64,000 nucleotides of DNA from Candidatus Geohabitans tengchongensis (GCA_031459625.1 JAVKIH010000003.1:88669-152668), one strand, 5' to 3'. Counted from the first letter of the stretch, positions 1 through 10,196 are shown. Made by a program: numbers and translations. The notes: generated from the sequence alone by a model not told the origin.

Positions 1-54
1 GCCACGCGCCACCCCTACGGCACGGTGACCCTCCTCTACCAGGTCATGCGGTAA
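1..54 (+). CDS. 3' end of an upstream gene (partial, unknown product)
   Basis: Frame 1 reads ATRHPYGTVTLLYQVMR then TAA at 52-54, with GC3-biased codons. Confidence 0.5.
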   Translation, partial: ATRHPYGTVTLLYQVMR

Positions 55-126
55 TTCACCGCCGGCCCACCACCCGGGTGACGGATGATGGGCCGGCCCG
101 GGCCAGCATCCCAGGTCAGGCGGCAA

Positions 127-155
127 TTGACCGCCGCCGGCCCGGCGCCTAGAGT
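127..155 (+). promoter_or_regulatory. sigma70-type promoter for the pdxST leader
   Basis: TTGACC (127-132), 17 bp spacer, TAGAGT (150-155), directly upstream of the riboswitch-like RNA. Confidence 0.7.
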
Positions 156-175
156 CAGGGTGACAGCACCGAAGG

Positions 176-350
176 CTCGCAGCCCTTCGGGGCAGGGTGA
201 GGCTTCACCCCTTGCGGGCGAGGCCAATTCCCGATCGGCGGTGACAGCCCGTGAGGTCCTGCCGGCTGTGGCGCAGGCCGGGCCGGTGGGACCGTGGCTC
301 GGTGGAATTCCGAGGCCGACGGTACAGTCCGTATGAGGCAGGGCTGCGAG
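176..350 (+). ncRNA. FMN riboswitch (RFN)-like element, variant
   Basis: CTTCGGGGCAGGGTGA...AATTCCCGATCGGCGGT..AGCCCGTGA...CTCGGTGGAATTCCGAGGCCGACGGTACAGTCCGTATGAG matches the RFN consensus; perfect 11-bp P1 (CTCGCAGCCCT 176-186 / AGGGCTGCGAG 340-350). Confidence 0.9.
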
Positions 351-428
351 ACCAGGCGCCTGCATGCCCCGGAGACGCCCGCGTTCGGGCGTCTCTCCTT
401 TTCCAGGCGTCGGGGGGAGGGATGTGTG

Positions 429-1331
429 ATGGTGGTGGACGCCGCCCCGGTGCGGCCGGGGACGGAGCGGGTGAAGCGGGGCCTCGCCCAGATGCTCAAG
501 GGCGGGGTGATCATGGACGTCACGACCGCCGAGCAGGCCCAGATCGCCGAGGAGGCGGGCGCGGTGGCGGTGATGGCGCTCGAACGGGTCCCCGCCGACA
601 TCCGGGCCGAAGGCGGCGTGGCGCGCATGGCCGACCCGCGGCGCATCCGGGAGATCATGGAGGCGGTGACCATCCCCGTGATGGCCAAGGTGCGCATCGG
701 CCACTTCGTCGAGGCCCAGATCCTGGAGGCGCTGGGCGTCGACTTCATCGACGAGAGCGAGGTGCTGACGCCGGCCGACGAGCACCACCACATCGACAAG
801 CGGGCGTTCACGGTCCCCTTCGTCTGCGGGGCACGCGACCTGGGCGAGGCCCTGCGCCGCATCGGGGAGGGCGCGGCGATGATCCGCACCAAGGGTGAGG
901 CGGGCTCGGGCAACGTGGTGGAGGCCGTCCGCCACATGCGCCTGGTGCTGGGCGGCATCCGGCGCCTGCAGGCCCTGGCCGACGAGGAGCTGATGACGGC
1001 GGCGAAGGAGCTCGGCGCCCCCTACGCGCTGGTCCTGGAGACCCGGCAGCTCGGCCGCCTCCCCGTGGTGAACTTCGCCGCCGGCGGCATCGCCACGCCC
1101 GCCGACGCCGCCCTGATGATGCAGCTCGGCGCCGACGGCGTCTTCGTCGGCTCCGGGATCTTCAAGTCCGCGGACCCCCGCCGCCGCGCCCGGGCCATCG
1201 TCGACGCGGTCGCGCACTACCGGGAGCCGGGGGTGCTCGCCGAGGTCTCGGCCGGGCTGGGCGAGCCCATGCGCGGGCTCGACCTGCGCCGCCTGCCCGA
1301 AGCGGAGCTGCTGCAGGTGCGGGGAGTGTGA
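429..1331 (+). CDS. pdxS: pyridoxal 5'-phosphate synthase lyase subunit
   Basis: [50 protein letters not shown] motifs; GGGAGG SD before ATG 429. Confidence 0.97.
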   Translation: MVVDAAPVRPGTERVKRGLAQMLKGGVIMDVTTAEQAQIAEEAGAVAVMALERVPADIRAEGGVARMADPRRIREIMEAVTIPVMAKVRIGHFVEAQILEALGVDFIDESEVLTPADEHHHIDKRAFTVPFVCGARDLGEALRRIGEGAAMIRTKGEAGSGNVVEAVRHMRLVLGGIRRLQALADEELMTAAKELGAPYALVLETRQLGRLPVVNFAAGGIATPADAALMMQLGADGVFVGSGIFKSADPRRRARAIVDAVAHYREPGVLAEVSAGLGEPMRGLDLRRLPEAELLQVRGV

Positions 1332-1912
1332 GGACGGTGCGCGTGGGCATCCTGGCGCTGCAGGGGGACGTCGCCGAACACGCCGCGGTGGTGCGGGCGT
1401 GCGGCGCCGAGAACCGGGAGGTGCGCCGGCCGGAAGACCTGGCGGGCGTGGAAGCGCTCATCATCCCCGGCGGCGAGTCCACCACCATCGGACGGCTGAT
1501 GGCCCGGGTCGGCCTCGACGAGGCCATCCGCGAGCGGGTCGAGCAGGGGCTGCCAGTGCTGGGGACGTGTGCGGGGGCCATCCTCCTGGCCCGCGAGGCC
1601 CGCGGGGGCCGGCCTCCGCTGCTGGAGGTGATGGACATCGCGGTGGCCCGCAACGCCTACGGTCGGCAGCGGGAGAGCTTCGAGGCGGACATCCACGTCC
1701 CGCCGCTCGGCTCCGCGCCGCTGCGGGTGGCGTTCATCCGGGCGCCGGTCATCGAGGCGGTGGGGCCGGCGGTCCAGGTGCTGGCCTCCTTTGGAGGGCA
1801 GCCGGTGCTGGTGCGCCAGGACCGCCTGCTGGCGGCCACCTTCCACCCCGAGGTGCTGGGGGAGACCGCCCTGCACCGGTACTTCCTCGAGACCGTCGTG
1901 CGGGCGGCCTGA
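1328..1912 (+). CDS. pdxT: PLP synthase glutaminase subunit
   Basis: [38 protein letters not shown] overlap with pdxS. Confidence 0.97.
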   Translation: MRTVRVGILALQGDVAEHAAVVRACGAENREVRRPEDLAGVEALIIPGGESTTIGRLMARVGLDEAIRERVEQGLPVLGTCAGAILLAREARGGRPPLLEVMDIAVARNAYGRQRESFEADIHVPPLGSAPLRVAFIRAPVIEAVGPAVQVLASFGGQPVLVRQDRLLAATFHPEVLGETALHRYFLETVVRAA

Positions 1913-1923
1913 ACGTCCAGGCC

Positions 1924-2756
<833 letters not shown>

Positions 2757-2760
<4 letters not shown>

Positions 2761-3434
2761 GGCGCCGCACCTCCGCGGCGGGCCAGGGCGGCGTCCACCT
2801 GTGCCCGCAGCGCCCGCGCGGCTGCGGTGATGTCCGCCTGGCCGACGACGGCGCGGATCACCGCCACGCCCGCCGCCCCGGCGGTGATGACCGCCGCCGC
2901 AGTGCCGGCATCGATCCCGCCGATGGCCACCACGGGGATGCGCACCGCCTGCACCACCCGGCGCAGTCCCTCGAGGCCCACCACCGGGCCGGCGTCGGGC
3001 TTCGTCCGGGTGGGGAAGATCGGCCCCAGCGAGACATAGGTCGCCCCCTCCCGCTCCGCCTGTACCGCCTCCGCCACCGTGTCCACGGACCGCCCGATGA
3101 CGCGTTCGGGACCCAGGTGGGCCCGCGCCCGGGCCAGGTCACCGTCGGCCTGGCCGAGGTGCACCCCATCGGCGTCACAGGCGCTGGCGACCTCGGGTCG
3201 GTCGTTCACCAGGAAGAGCACCCCGGCCTCCCGGGTGAGGCGCCGCAGCCGCCGGCCGATGGCCACGAGGGCATCGGGCGGCAGGGACTTGTCCCGCAAC
3301 TGGACGGCCGTGGCTCCGCCGGCGATGGCCTGCGCCACCTGCTCCTCGTGGGAGCACCCGGCGAGGGCCCGGTCGGTAATCACGTAGAGCCTCAGGTCCA
3401 CAGCCAGCCCGGTCCGCCCCATCCCGGTCTGCAC
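2757..3434 (-). CDS. thiE: thiamine-phosphate synthase
   Basis: [36 protein letters not shown]. Confidence 0.95.
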
Positions 3435-3438
3435 GAAC

Positions 3439-4272
3439 TCACCCGCGATCGGTCAGACCTGCCGCCTCGCGGACCGCCGCGCCGTCGCGCACGCGCCCGG
3501 GATCGAGGCCAGCCAGCGCGTCCAGCAGGGCGGGACGGAAGCTCCCCGGTCCGCGTGCCCCCCTGGCGGCCTCCTCCGCGGCCAGCCCGAAAGCCACCAG
3601 CCCAGCCAGGGTGGCCACCACCGCGTCCGGCTCCACGGCGGCCACGGCGGCGACCACCGCCGTCACCATGTCCCCGCCCCCGGTGATGCGGGTGAGGAGC
3701 GGATGGCCGTGGACGACCGTCCAGGCCTGCGCCCCATCGCTCACGACGTCGTGCTCCCCGGTGGCGGCGACGACCGCCGCGCTCCGGTGCGCCAGCCGGC
3801 GTGCCGCTTCCAGCGGGTCGACCGGCGTCTCCCCGGATTCCACCCCGACCATGGTCGCCTCGAGACCGGCGAGCGTGGCGATCTCGGCCCGGTTGCCCCG
3901 GACGACCCGCACCCGCACCGCCTCCAACAGCCGGGCTGCGGCCGCGCGGCGGAAGCGGGTGGCGCCGCACCCCACCGGGTCGAGGATCACGGGGACGTCG
4001 TGGCGGTTGGCCGCCCGCCCGGCCGCCAGCAGCACGGCGAGCCGTTCCCGGGTGGGGGTGCCCAAGTTGAGGACCAGGGCCGCGGCCTGCGCCGCCACCT
4101 CCTCGACCTCCTCGCGCGCCTGGGCCATCACCGGCCGGGCGCCGCAGGCCAGGGTGACGTCCGCGACGTCGCCGGCCGTGACGACGTTCGTCAGGTGGTG
4201 GACCAGGGGGCGCCGCCGGCGCACAGCGGCCCAGGCCTCGGCCAGCCGCGTCCCCGAGACTACCGTGGCCAC
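3439..4272 (-). CDS. thiM: hydroxyethylthiazole kinase
   Basis: PLVHHLTNVV, LNLGT, LDPVGCGAT, RGNRAEI; start inferred at GTG 4272, overlapping the upstream stop. Confidence 0.92.
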   Translation of the reverse strand: MATVVSGTRLAEAWAAVRRRRPLVHHLTNVVTAGDVADVTLACGARPVMAQAREEVEEVAAQAAALVLNLGTPTRERLAVLLAAGRAANRHDVPVILDPVGCGATRFRRAAAARLLEAVRVRVVRGNRAEIATLAGLEATMVGVESGETPVDPLEAARRLAHRSAAVVAATGEHDVVSDGAQAWTVVHGHPLLTRITGGGDMVTAVVAAVAAVEPDAVVATLAGLVAFGLAAEEAARGARGPGSFRPALLDALAGLDPGRVRDGAAVREAAGLTDRG

Positions 4273-5654
4273 ACGCCGCGCAGGAGCGCGTACGCCACCA
4301 GGGCGGCCAGGAAGCCCGGCACCGAGCCGCCCAGCCAGGGGACGACATCCCGCAGCGGGAAGGGCAACCCCACCGCCGTGAAGGCCGCGCGCAGCGCCCC
4401 CTCCCACCCCGGGAGGGCGGTGGGGGCGATCCACTGGTAGACGAGGAAGCCCACGGCCCAGGCCACCAGACCGGGCAGGGAGACGCCGCGCCCCGCGCCC
4501 TCGGCGCGCCCCGCGCCGTCCGCAGCCGCCTGCGACAGGGGCGCGCGGGCTCGGCCGCCCGGCACGAAGTAGTCGGCCGCCAGTACGCCGAACAGCGGGA
4601 CGAAGACGGCGCCGATGAGGAAGAGGAAGGCCTCGTAGGCGACCAGGTTCACGTTCACCGCCACGACGAAGCACAGCGTCCCCACGAGGACGATGAGGAG
4701 GCGCTGGGGGGCGCGCGGCAGGATGTTCTGCAGGCTGAGCGCCGTGGAGTAGATGTTGGCGAAGGCGTTGTCGGTCTCGTCCACGAGCAGCAGGAGGAGG
4801 GCCAGCGCGCCACCGGCGACGCTCAGCACCGCCGGGATCACCTCCTGGGTCCGCAGCGCCAGCACGAAGAGGGCCCCGAGCGCGTAGAACCACACGTTGG
4901 CCAGGAAGTAGCCCAGGTACGTCCCCCAGAACGCCGCCGCCGGGCGCTGCGCGAAGCGGTTGTAGTCGGCCACGAGCGGCATCCAGGAGACCGGCATGGC
5001 CACCACCAGGTCCACGCCCAGCCAGAAGGGCAGCGCGCCCGTCCCCGGCCGGGCCAGCAAGGCCCGCAGGTCGTGGTGGGTGAGCAGGTAGCCGGTCAGG
5101 TAGAGGGTGGTGGCGTAGACGAGCCAGATGGCAAAGCGCTCCAGCCACCGGCGCACGACCACCAGCGGGCCGCCCAGCGCCAGCAGGGTGGCGATGGCGG
5201 CGAAGAGGAGCGCCCACAGCGCGGGGCGGTGCAGGCCAGTGAGCTGGCGGCTGATCGCATCGGCGGCCTGCGCCATGATGTAGACCTCGAAGGCCCCCCA
5301 CCCGACCAGCTGGACCACGTTCAACACCGTGGGCAGGTAGGACCCGCGCAGCCCGAGCACCGGGCGCAGGAGGACCATCGTGGGGAGCGCGGTGCGGCTG
5401 CCGACGAGGCCGGTGAGGGCGAGCAGCAGGTTCCCGATGAGCGTGCCCAGCACGATGGCGCCCAGCGCCGCCCGGGGGCTCATCCCTGGCACCAGCAGGC
5501 CGCCCGCGGCCAGGACCAGCAGGCCGACGCCCAGGCTCGACCACAGGGCGAAGAAGTCGAGGAAACCCAGGCGGCGGTACGCCGCCGGGACCGGCTCGAT
5601 GCCCCACGCCGGCGGGACCTGGAGGCGGGGACGAGGCAGGGTGAGGACGCCCAC
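4260..5654 (-). CDS. NCS1/cytosine-permease family transporter (CytX-like HMP transporter)
   Basis: Many TM helices, MPVSWMPLVADYNRF, DETDNAFANIYS; lies in the TPP-regulated operon; start inferred. Confidence 0.85.
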   Translation of the reverse strand: MGVLTLPRPRLQVPPAWGIEPVPAAYRRLGFLDFFALWSSLGVGLLVLAAGGLLVPGMSPRAALGAIVLGTLIGNLLLALTGLVGSRTALPTMVLLRPVLGLRGSYLPTVLNVVQLVGWGAFEVYIMAQAADAISRQLTGLHRPALWALLFAAIATLLALGGPLVVVRRWLERFAIWLVYATTLYLTGYLLTHHDLRALLARPGTGALPFWLGVDLVVAMPVSWMPLVADYNRFAQRPAAAFWGTYLGYFLANVWFYALGALFVLALRTQEVIPAVLSVAGGALALLLLLVDETDNAFANIYSTALSLQNILPRAPQRLLIVLVGTLCFVVAVNVNLVAYEAFLFLIGAVFVPLFGVLAADYFVPGGRARAPLSQAAADGAGRAEGAGRGVSLPGLVAWAVGFLVYQWIAPTALPGWEGALRAAFTAVGLPFPLRDVVPWLGGSVPGFLAALVAYALLRGVWPR

Positions 5655-5692
5655 GTCAAACCGTCCCCGGGTCGGCTGCCCCCACCACAGCC

Positions 5693-6193
5693 TCACCCCC
5701 GCGCTCCGGTGGGCGCGGTCACGCCCGCGCGCTCCAGGGCCTTGAGCAGGAGCGTCCCCACCGCCGCGCCGGGGATCGAGCTGGCCAGGAAGGCCACCAT
5801 GAGCGCCCCGAGCGGCAGCGCCTTGCCCATGAAGGCGGGCGCCACGATGAGGGCGCCGACGGTGGCGCCCACGGGACCGGTGCCGAGCGGCTCGAGCAGC
5901 CCCACCCACGGCCGGCGCCACAGGCGGTAGGCGAAGCCGACGACGAGCGCCCCGGCCATCCCCCCGGGAAAGGCGAGCGGCGTGCCCACGCCCAGGGCGT
6001 TGCGCACGATGGCGGCCACCGTGGCGGCCAGGGCCGCGTACCACGGCCCCAGGGTGATGCCGGCCACCACGTTCACCATGTGTTGCCAGGGCAGGACCTT
6101 GGCGCCGGCGACCGGGATGGCACCGGGGAAGAACGAGAGGACCACCGGCAGCGCCGCGAAGAGCGCCGCCAGGACCAGCGGTCGCGCCTGCAT
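5693..6193 (-). CDS. thiW: ECF S-component, thiazole transporter ThiW
   Basis: PWQHMVNVVAGITLGPWY, GTPLAFPGGM, EPLGTG; first gene after the TPP riboswitch. Confidence 0.88.
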   Translation of the reverse strand: MQARPLVLAALFAALPVVLSFFPGAIPVAGAKVLPWQHMVNVVAGITLGPWYAALAATVAAIVRNALGVGTPLAFPGGMAGALVVGFAYRLWRRPWVGLLEPLGTGPVGATVGALIVAPAFMGKALPLGALMVAFLASSIPGAAVGTLLLKALERAGVTAPTGARG

Positions 6194-6255
6194 CGAGCAT
6201 CCCCCCTCACGGGGGAAGCAAAAGCCGCCAGTCCACGCGCTACTGGCGGCCTGCC

Positions 6256-6350
6256 TCTCCCCACGCCAGCATTACCTGGATCGGGTGCAACGGGTCGGCG
6301 TTGTCATCGGAACGCCCTCTCAGCCCGCCTCGTCGAGCTCCCCGGATGGC
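6256..6350 (-). ncRNA. TPP riboswitch
   Basis: Minus strand GGGGAGC...GGCTGAGAG...GACCC...ACCCGATCCAGGTAATGCTGGCGTGGGGA, upstream of the thi genes. Confidence 0.93.
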
Positions 6351-6437
6351 TATGCAGTTGTCCCGTCCTTACGGTAGCAGTGCGCTGCGCTCCTGGCAAT
6401 CCTCCCGCCCCGGGACGCGCACGGGTCCGCGCCCGCG

Positions 6438-7430
6438 TCAGCCCTCGACGTCGCGCGGGGCCGCGACCTCGTAGTGGATGTTCCGGGCCTCGAAGAAGTT
6501 GACGATTTCCGGCACGTCCACCTCCGTGGCCATCCAGGGCGCAGGGTTGGGGGTGTGGAACGAGGCCGGCAGGCCCAGCTCCTCCAGCCGGCGGTCGGTG
6601 ATGTACTCCACATAGGCGTTCAGAACCTCCGCGCTGACCCCCAGGACAGGCCGCTGGAGCAGCGCCCGGTTGTAGTCCCGTTCGAGGTCCACCGCCGTCA
6701 GGATGAGGTGCAGGAGCTCCCGACCCAGCCCGGGCGTCATCAGGTCGGGGTCCTGGGCGAGGAGTTCCCCGATCAGGTGGATGCCGAAGCTCAGGTGCAG
6801 GCTCTCGTCCTTGAGGGTCCAGTCCACGATGGTGGCGAGCCCACGGAGGAGGTTGCGGCGACGGAAGGTGTAGGCGAACAGGAACCCGCCGTAGAAGAAG
6901 ACGCCCTCCAGGATGATGTAGTAGCCCACCAGGTTCCGCAGGAAGCTGCGCCGGTGGGAGACCCGGGACAAATCCAGCGGGTCCAGCATGGTCCGGGACA
7001 GGTCCACCAGGAACTCCTCCTTGGCCCGGACGGCCGGCTCGTTCCGGTGGGCGTTGAAGACCCGTTCGCGCTCTACGGGAAGGGTCTTGAGCACGTACTC
7101 GAAGGCCATGGTGTGGTTGGCCTCCTCCCAGATTTGCCGGGCCAGGTACAGACGCGCTTCGGGAGCGGTGACGTGGCGGTAGATGGCGAGGACGAGGTTG
7201 TGGGTCACCAGGGACTCCATGGGGTTGAAGAAGCCCAGGAGGAGCTCCACGGCGCGCTGTTCGTCCGGGGACAGACGGGTCTCCCAGTCGCGGACATCCT
7301 CGGCCAGGGGGACCTCCTCGGGAAACCAGGTGTTGCGCTTGCCCTGCTGGGCGTGCGCGTACGCCCAGGGGTAGCTGAGGGGCACGAGCTGGACAGGCTC
7401 GAGGGGATTCCCGCCAACCAGAGGCCGCAT
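6438..7430 (-). CDS. nrdB: ribonucleotide reductase beta subunit (class Ic-type signatures)
   Basis: WFPEEVPL, GFFNPMESLV, EEANHTMAF, LEGVFFYGGF, DESLH, VNFFE..Y. Confidence 0.93.
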   Translation of the reverse strand: MRPLVGGNPLEPVQLVPLSYPWAYAHAQQGKRNTWFPEEVPLAEDVRDWETRLSPDEQRAVELLLGFFNPMESLVTHNLVLAIYRHVTAPEARLYLARQIWEEANHTMAFEYVLKTLPVERERVFNAHRNEPAVRAKEEFLVDLSRTMLDPLDLSRVSHRRSFLRNLVGYYIILEGVFFYGGFLFAYTFRRRNLLRGLATIVDWTLKDESLHLSFGIHLIGELLAQDPDLMTPGLGRELLHLILTAVDLERDYNRALLQRPVLGVSAEVLNAYVEYITDRRLEELGLPASFHTPNPAPWMATEVDVPEIVNFFEARNIHYEVAAPRDVEG

Positions 7431-7441
7431 GGTCCACCTGC

Positions 7442-9790
7442 TCAGCCGGCACAGGACTCACAGCCCGGTGCGCAGCTGATCGCGTGTTCGGGAAGTTCCA
7501 GGTTCCAGCGGAGCCGCTCGCGGGCCTTGTTGACGTGGACGGTACTGGGCTCCGCGTACATGCGGGGAGCGGTGAACAGGTAGTAGGTGGACTTGAGGCC
7601 GGCCCGCCACGCTTCCAGGTACAGGCGCGCCATGGCGTCCAGGGAGCGATCCCGCACGAACAGGTTGCGGCTGACTCCCTGGTCCACCCACTTCTGGGCC
7701 AGGGCGGCGACCCGGACGAAGTCCTCGGGAGGGATCTGGTAAGCGGTGCGGTGAACGTGGCGCAGGGCCTGCGGGATCTGCTCGATGCGCTCCAGATCCC
7801 CCCGCTCCTCGACCAGCTGCGCGCGCACCCGATCCCACAGACCCAGCGACTGCAACTGCTCCACGAGCACGCGGTTGAATTCCAGGAACTTCCCGGACAG
7901 CGTCTGGCGGGCGAAGAGGTTCGCGTAGCAGGGATCGATGCCAGGGGTGGTCCCGGCGACCAGGCTGATGGTGGCGGTGGGCGCGATGGCGAGGACCGTC
8001 CCGTTCCGGATGCCCTGACGCACCCGGTGGCGGAGGGCGTCCCAGTGCAGACGCCCCGAGCGATCCACGACAGGTCCGCCACGGAGTTCGGCCAGCTCCT
8101 GAAGGGTGTCGATGGGCACCTCACCCCGGGCCCAGCGGCTGTCGGGGAACGAGGGGAAGGGCCCGCGTGCTGTGGCCAGCTGGCAGCTGGCCTCGATGGC
8201 GCAGAAGCTCAGGAACTCCACTGCGCGGTCGGTGCACTCGCAGGAGGCTTCGTCACCGTAGCGCATGCCCAGCCGTGCGAAGACCTCCGCGAGCCCCATC
8301 AGGCCCAGTCCCACGGGCCGGTGGCGCAGGTTCCCGCGGGATGCGCGTGCTGTGGGGTAGAGGTTCAGGTCGATCACGTTGTCCAGGCCCCGGATGGCGA
8401 GCCGCACGGTGCGGCGGAGGCGATGCCAATCCAGCCCCCCGGAGGTCACGTGACGTGCCAGGTTGACGCTGGCGAGGTTGCACACAGCCATCTCTTCCTC
8501 GCTGGTCGGCAGGTGGATCTCGGTGCAGAGGTTGCTGGAGTGGATCACCCCCGGCAGCATGCTGCGTACGTTGCTGGCGTCCTTGAAGGCGACCCAGGGG
8601 TGGCTGGTCTCCTGCAGTGTGGCCAGGATCTCCCGGAACAGGGACCGGGCGCTCTCGACGCGGAATGCGCGCGGCGGGATGCGGCCGGCCCGGGCTTCCT
8701 CGATTCGGCAGCGGTAGGCCCGGGAGAAGGCCTCGCCCCACAGGTCGGGGAGCTCCGGCGTGTACGCAGGGTCGAAGAGGTACCACTCGTCGTCCCGCTC
8801 CACCCGGAGGAGGAATTCGTCCGGGACCCACAGCGCGGTGTTCAGGCTGTGGGCCCGCAGGTACGGGTCGCCGGCGTTCCGCTTGAGGTCCAGGAAGGCC
8901 CGGATCTCGAGGTGCCAGGGCTCCAGGTACACGGCGAGGGTGCCGCGGCGACGCCCTCCCTGGCTGACGGCTCTGATGAGCGAGTCGAAGAGGTGGATGA
9001 AGGGAATGATGCCGGAGCTGGTGCCGTTGATGCCGCGGACCGGAGCACCCGCGGCGCGCAGTTTGGTGACGGAGGCCCCGAGGCCGCCGGCGTACTTGGC
9101 GACCTTCCCGAACTCCTCGCAGGACTGGAGGATGTGGTGCATGCTGTCCAGCACATCCGACACGTAGCAGCTGCTGAGCTGGTGGTGAGGAGTGCCCGCG
9201 TTGAACAGGGTGGGGGTGCTGGGCAGATAGTCCAGTCGACTCATGGCGTCGTAGAAGGCCTCCGCCCATGTCGCGGGATCGCGCTCAACGAGGCTCATCC
9301 CCATGGCGACTCGCATGAACAGGAACTGCGGGACTTCCAGCAGCCTGCGGGTTTCGGGGTCCCGGACGAGGTACCGGTCCGCAAGGGTAGACACCCCGAT
9401 CAGGGGCAGCCACAGGTCCCGTTCGGGCCGCAGGACCCGGCTCAGGCCCTGGAGGTCGAACCGGAGCAGTCGTTCGTCCAGGGCCCCGGCGCTCGCGGCC
9501 TGCGGCACGTACCGGCAGAAACCGGCGCGGTAGGCGTCAGGGTCGGGTTCGGGGGTCCCCAGGGCTTCCCGGTACAGCCGGCGCAGCATCAACCTTGCCG
9601 CGAGGCGCTCGTAACCGGGGTCCTGGTGAATCCGGCCCTGGCTGGCCTGAAGCAGGGCCAGTTCGAGCTCACTTTCCCCGCTGCCGCGGACCGCGGGGTC
9701 GTCACGGAGGCTGTTCAGCAGACGCGTGCCGCCGGGGATTGGGCGGGCAAGCCGTTCCAGCCAGTGCGGCAAACCAACCAGGGTCGCCAC
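7442..9790 (-). CDS. nrdA: ribonucleotide reductase alpha subunit
   Basis: PSTPTLFNAG, LSSCY, SSNLCTEI, VCNLAS, APTATIS, KSTYY, C-terminal CxxC; start inferred at GTG 9790 after GGAGGT. Confidence 0.93.
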   Translation of the reverse strand: MATLVGLPHWLERLARPIPGGTRLLNSLRDDPAVRGSGESELELALLQASQGRIHQDPGYERLAARLMLRRLYREALGTPEPDPDAYRAGFCRYVPQAASAGALDERLLRFDLQGLSRVLRPERDLWLPLIGVSTLADRYLVRDPETRRLLEVPQFLFMRVAMGMSLVERDPATWAEAFYDAMSRLDYLPSTPTLFNAGTPHHQLSSCYVSDVLDSMHHILQSCEEFGKVAKYAGGLGASVTKLRAAGAPVRGINGTSSGIIPFIHLFDSLIRAVSQGGRRRGTLAVYLEPWHLEIRAFLDLKRNAGDPYLRAHSLNTALWVPDEFLLRVERDDEWYLFDPAYTPELPDLWGEAFSRAYRCRIEEARAGRIPPRAFRVESARSLFREILATLQETSHPWVAFKDASNVRSMLPGVIHSSNLCTEIHLPTSEEEMAVCNLASVNLARHVTSGGLDWHRLRRTVRLAIRGLDNVIDLNLYPTARASRGNLRHRPVGLGLMGLAEVFARLGMRYGDEASCECTDRAVEFLSFCAIEASCQLATARGPFPSFPDSRWARGEVPIDTLQELAELRGGPVVDRSGRLHWDALRHRVRQGIRNGTVLAIAPTATISLVAGTTPGIDPCYANLFARQTLSGKFLEFNRVLVEQLQSLGLWDRVRAQLVEERGDLERIEQIPQALRHVHRTAYQIPPEDFVRVAALAQKWVDQGVSRNLFVRDRSLDAMARLYLEAWRAGLKSTYYLFTAPRMYAEPSTVHVNKARERLRWNLELPEHAISCAPGCESCAG

Positions 9791-9909
9791 TTCGGCCACC
9801 TCCGTCCTCAACCACGGCCCTGCGTGCGATAGACGGAGGCGGCCCCAGGACGGCCTGGGAACCTGTCTCCGCTCCGCCCCACTCCACGAGGGCACGCGGA
9901 TTGTTCACA

Positions 9910-10080
9910 GGCCGGCAGGTCTTCGGACTCGGGTTCCTCCGGACCGGACGCCTTCCCGGGCCAGTTCGCCCAGTGGCCCCGATCTCCGATCCGTCCCCCT
10001 TACCGCGGCGGGCCCGTCCCGGACTCGCGCAGAGCAGGAGCGCTACACCGGGTTCCCTTTTCACCCCTTAGGGGACCGGC
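9910..10080 (-). ncRNA. cobalamin riboswitch
   Basis: Minus strand GGTCCCC..GGGG TGAAAAGGGAACCCGGTG...CCCGCCGCGGTAAG...GCCACTGGG...CCGGGAAGGC...GAGTCCGAAGACCTGCC (B12 box). Confidence 0.92.
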
Positions 10081-10083
10081 CTG

Positions 10084-10139
10084 CATCTACATCTTGTGTC
10101 CGCAGAGACTTCCTATCACAAGATGTAGCACCATGTCAA
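10084..10139 (-). promoter_or_regulatory. tandem NrdR boxes overlapping the nrdAB promoter
   Basis: CATCTACATCTTGTGT (10084-10099) and TCACAAGATGTAGCAC (10116-10131), 32 bp apart; minus-strand TTGACA at 10134-10139. Confidence 0.85.
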
Positions 10140-10196
10140 GCATGCGCGTTGTGCGGTTGACGGGGCTCTGGGAAGATCAGGCGGGCCGGATGACGG

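Noticed and set aside
294..428. N-terminal extension of pdxS in the ORF track
   Set aside because: It overlaps the riboswitch; the SD and family N-terminus support ATG 429.
7484..9832. 782-aa plus-strand ORF
   Set aside because: Antisense mirror of nrdA with no recognisable motifs; the same applies to similar mirrors over lon, copA and the kinase.
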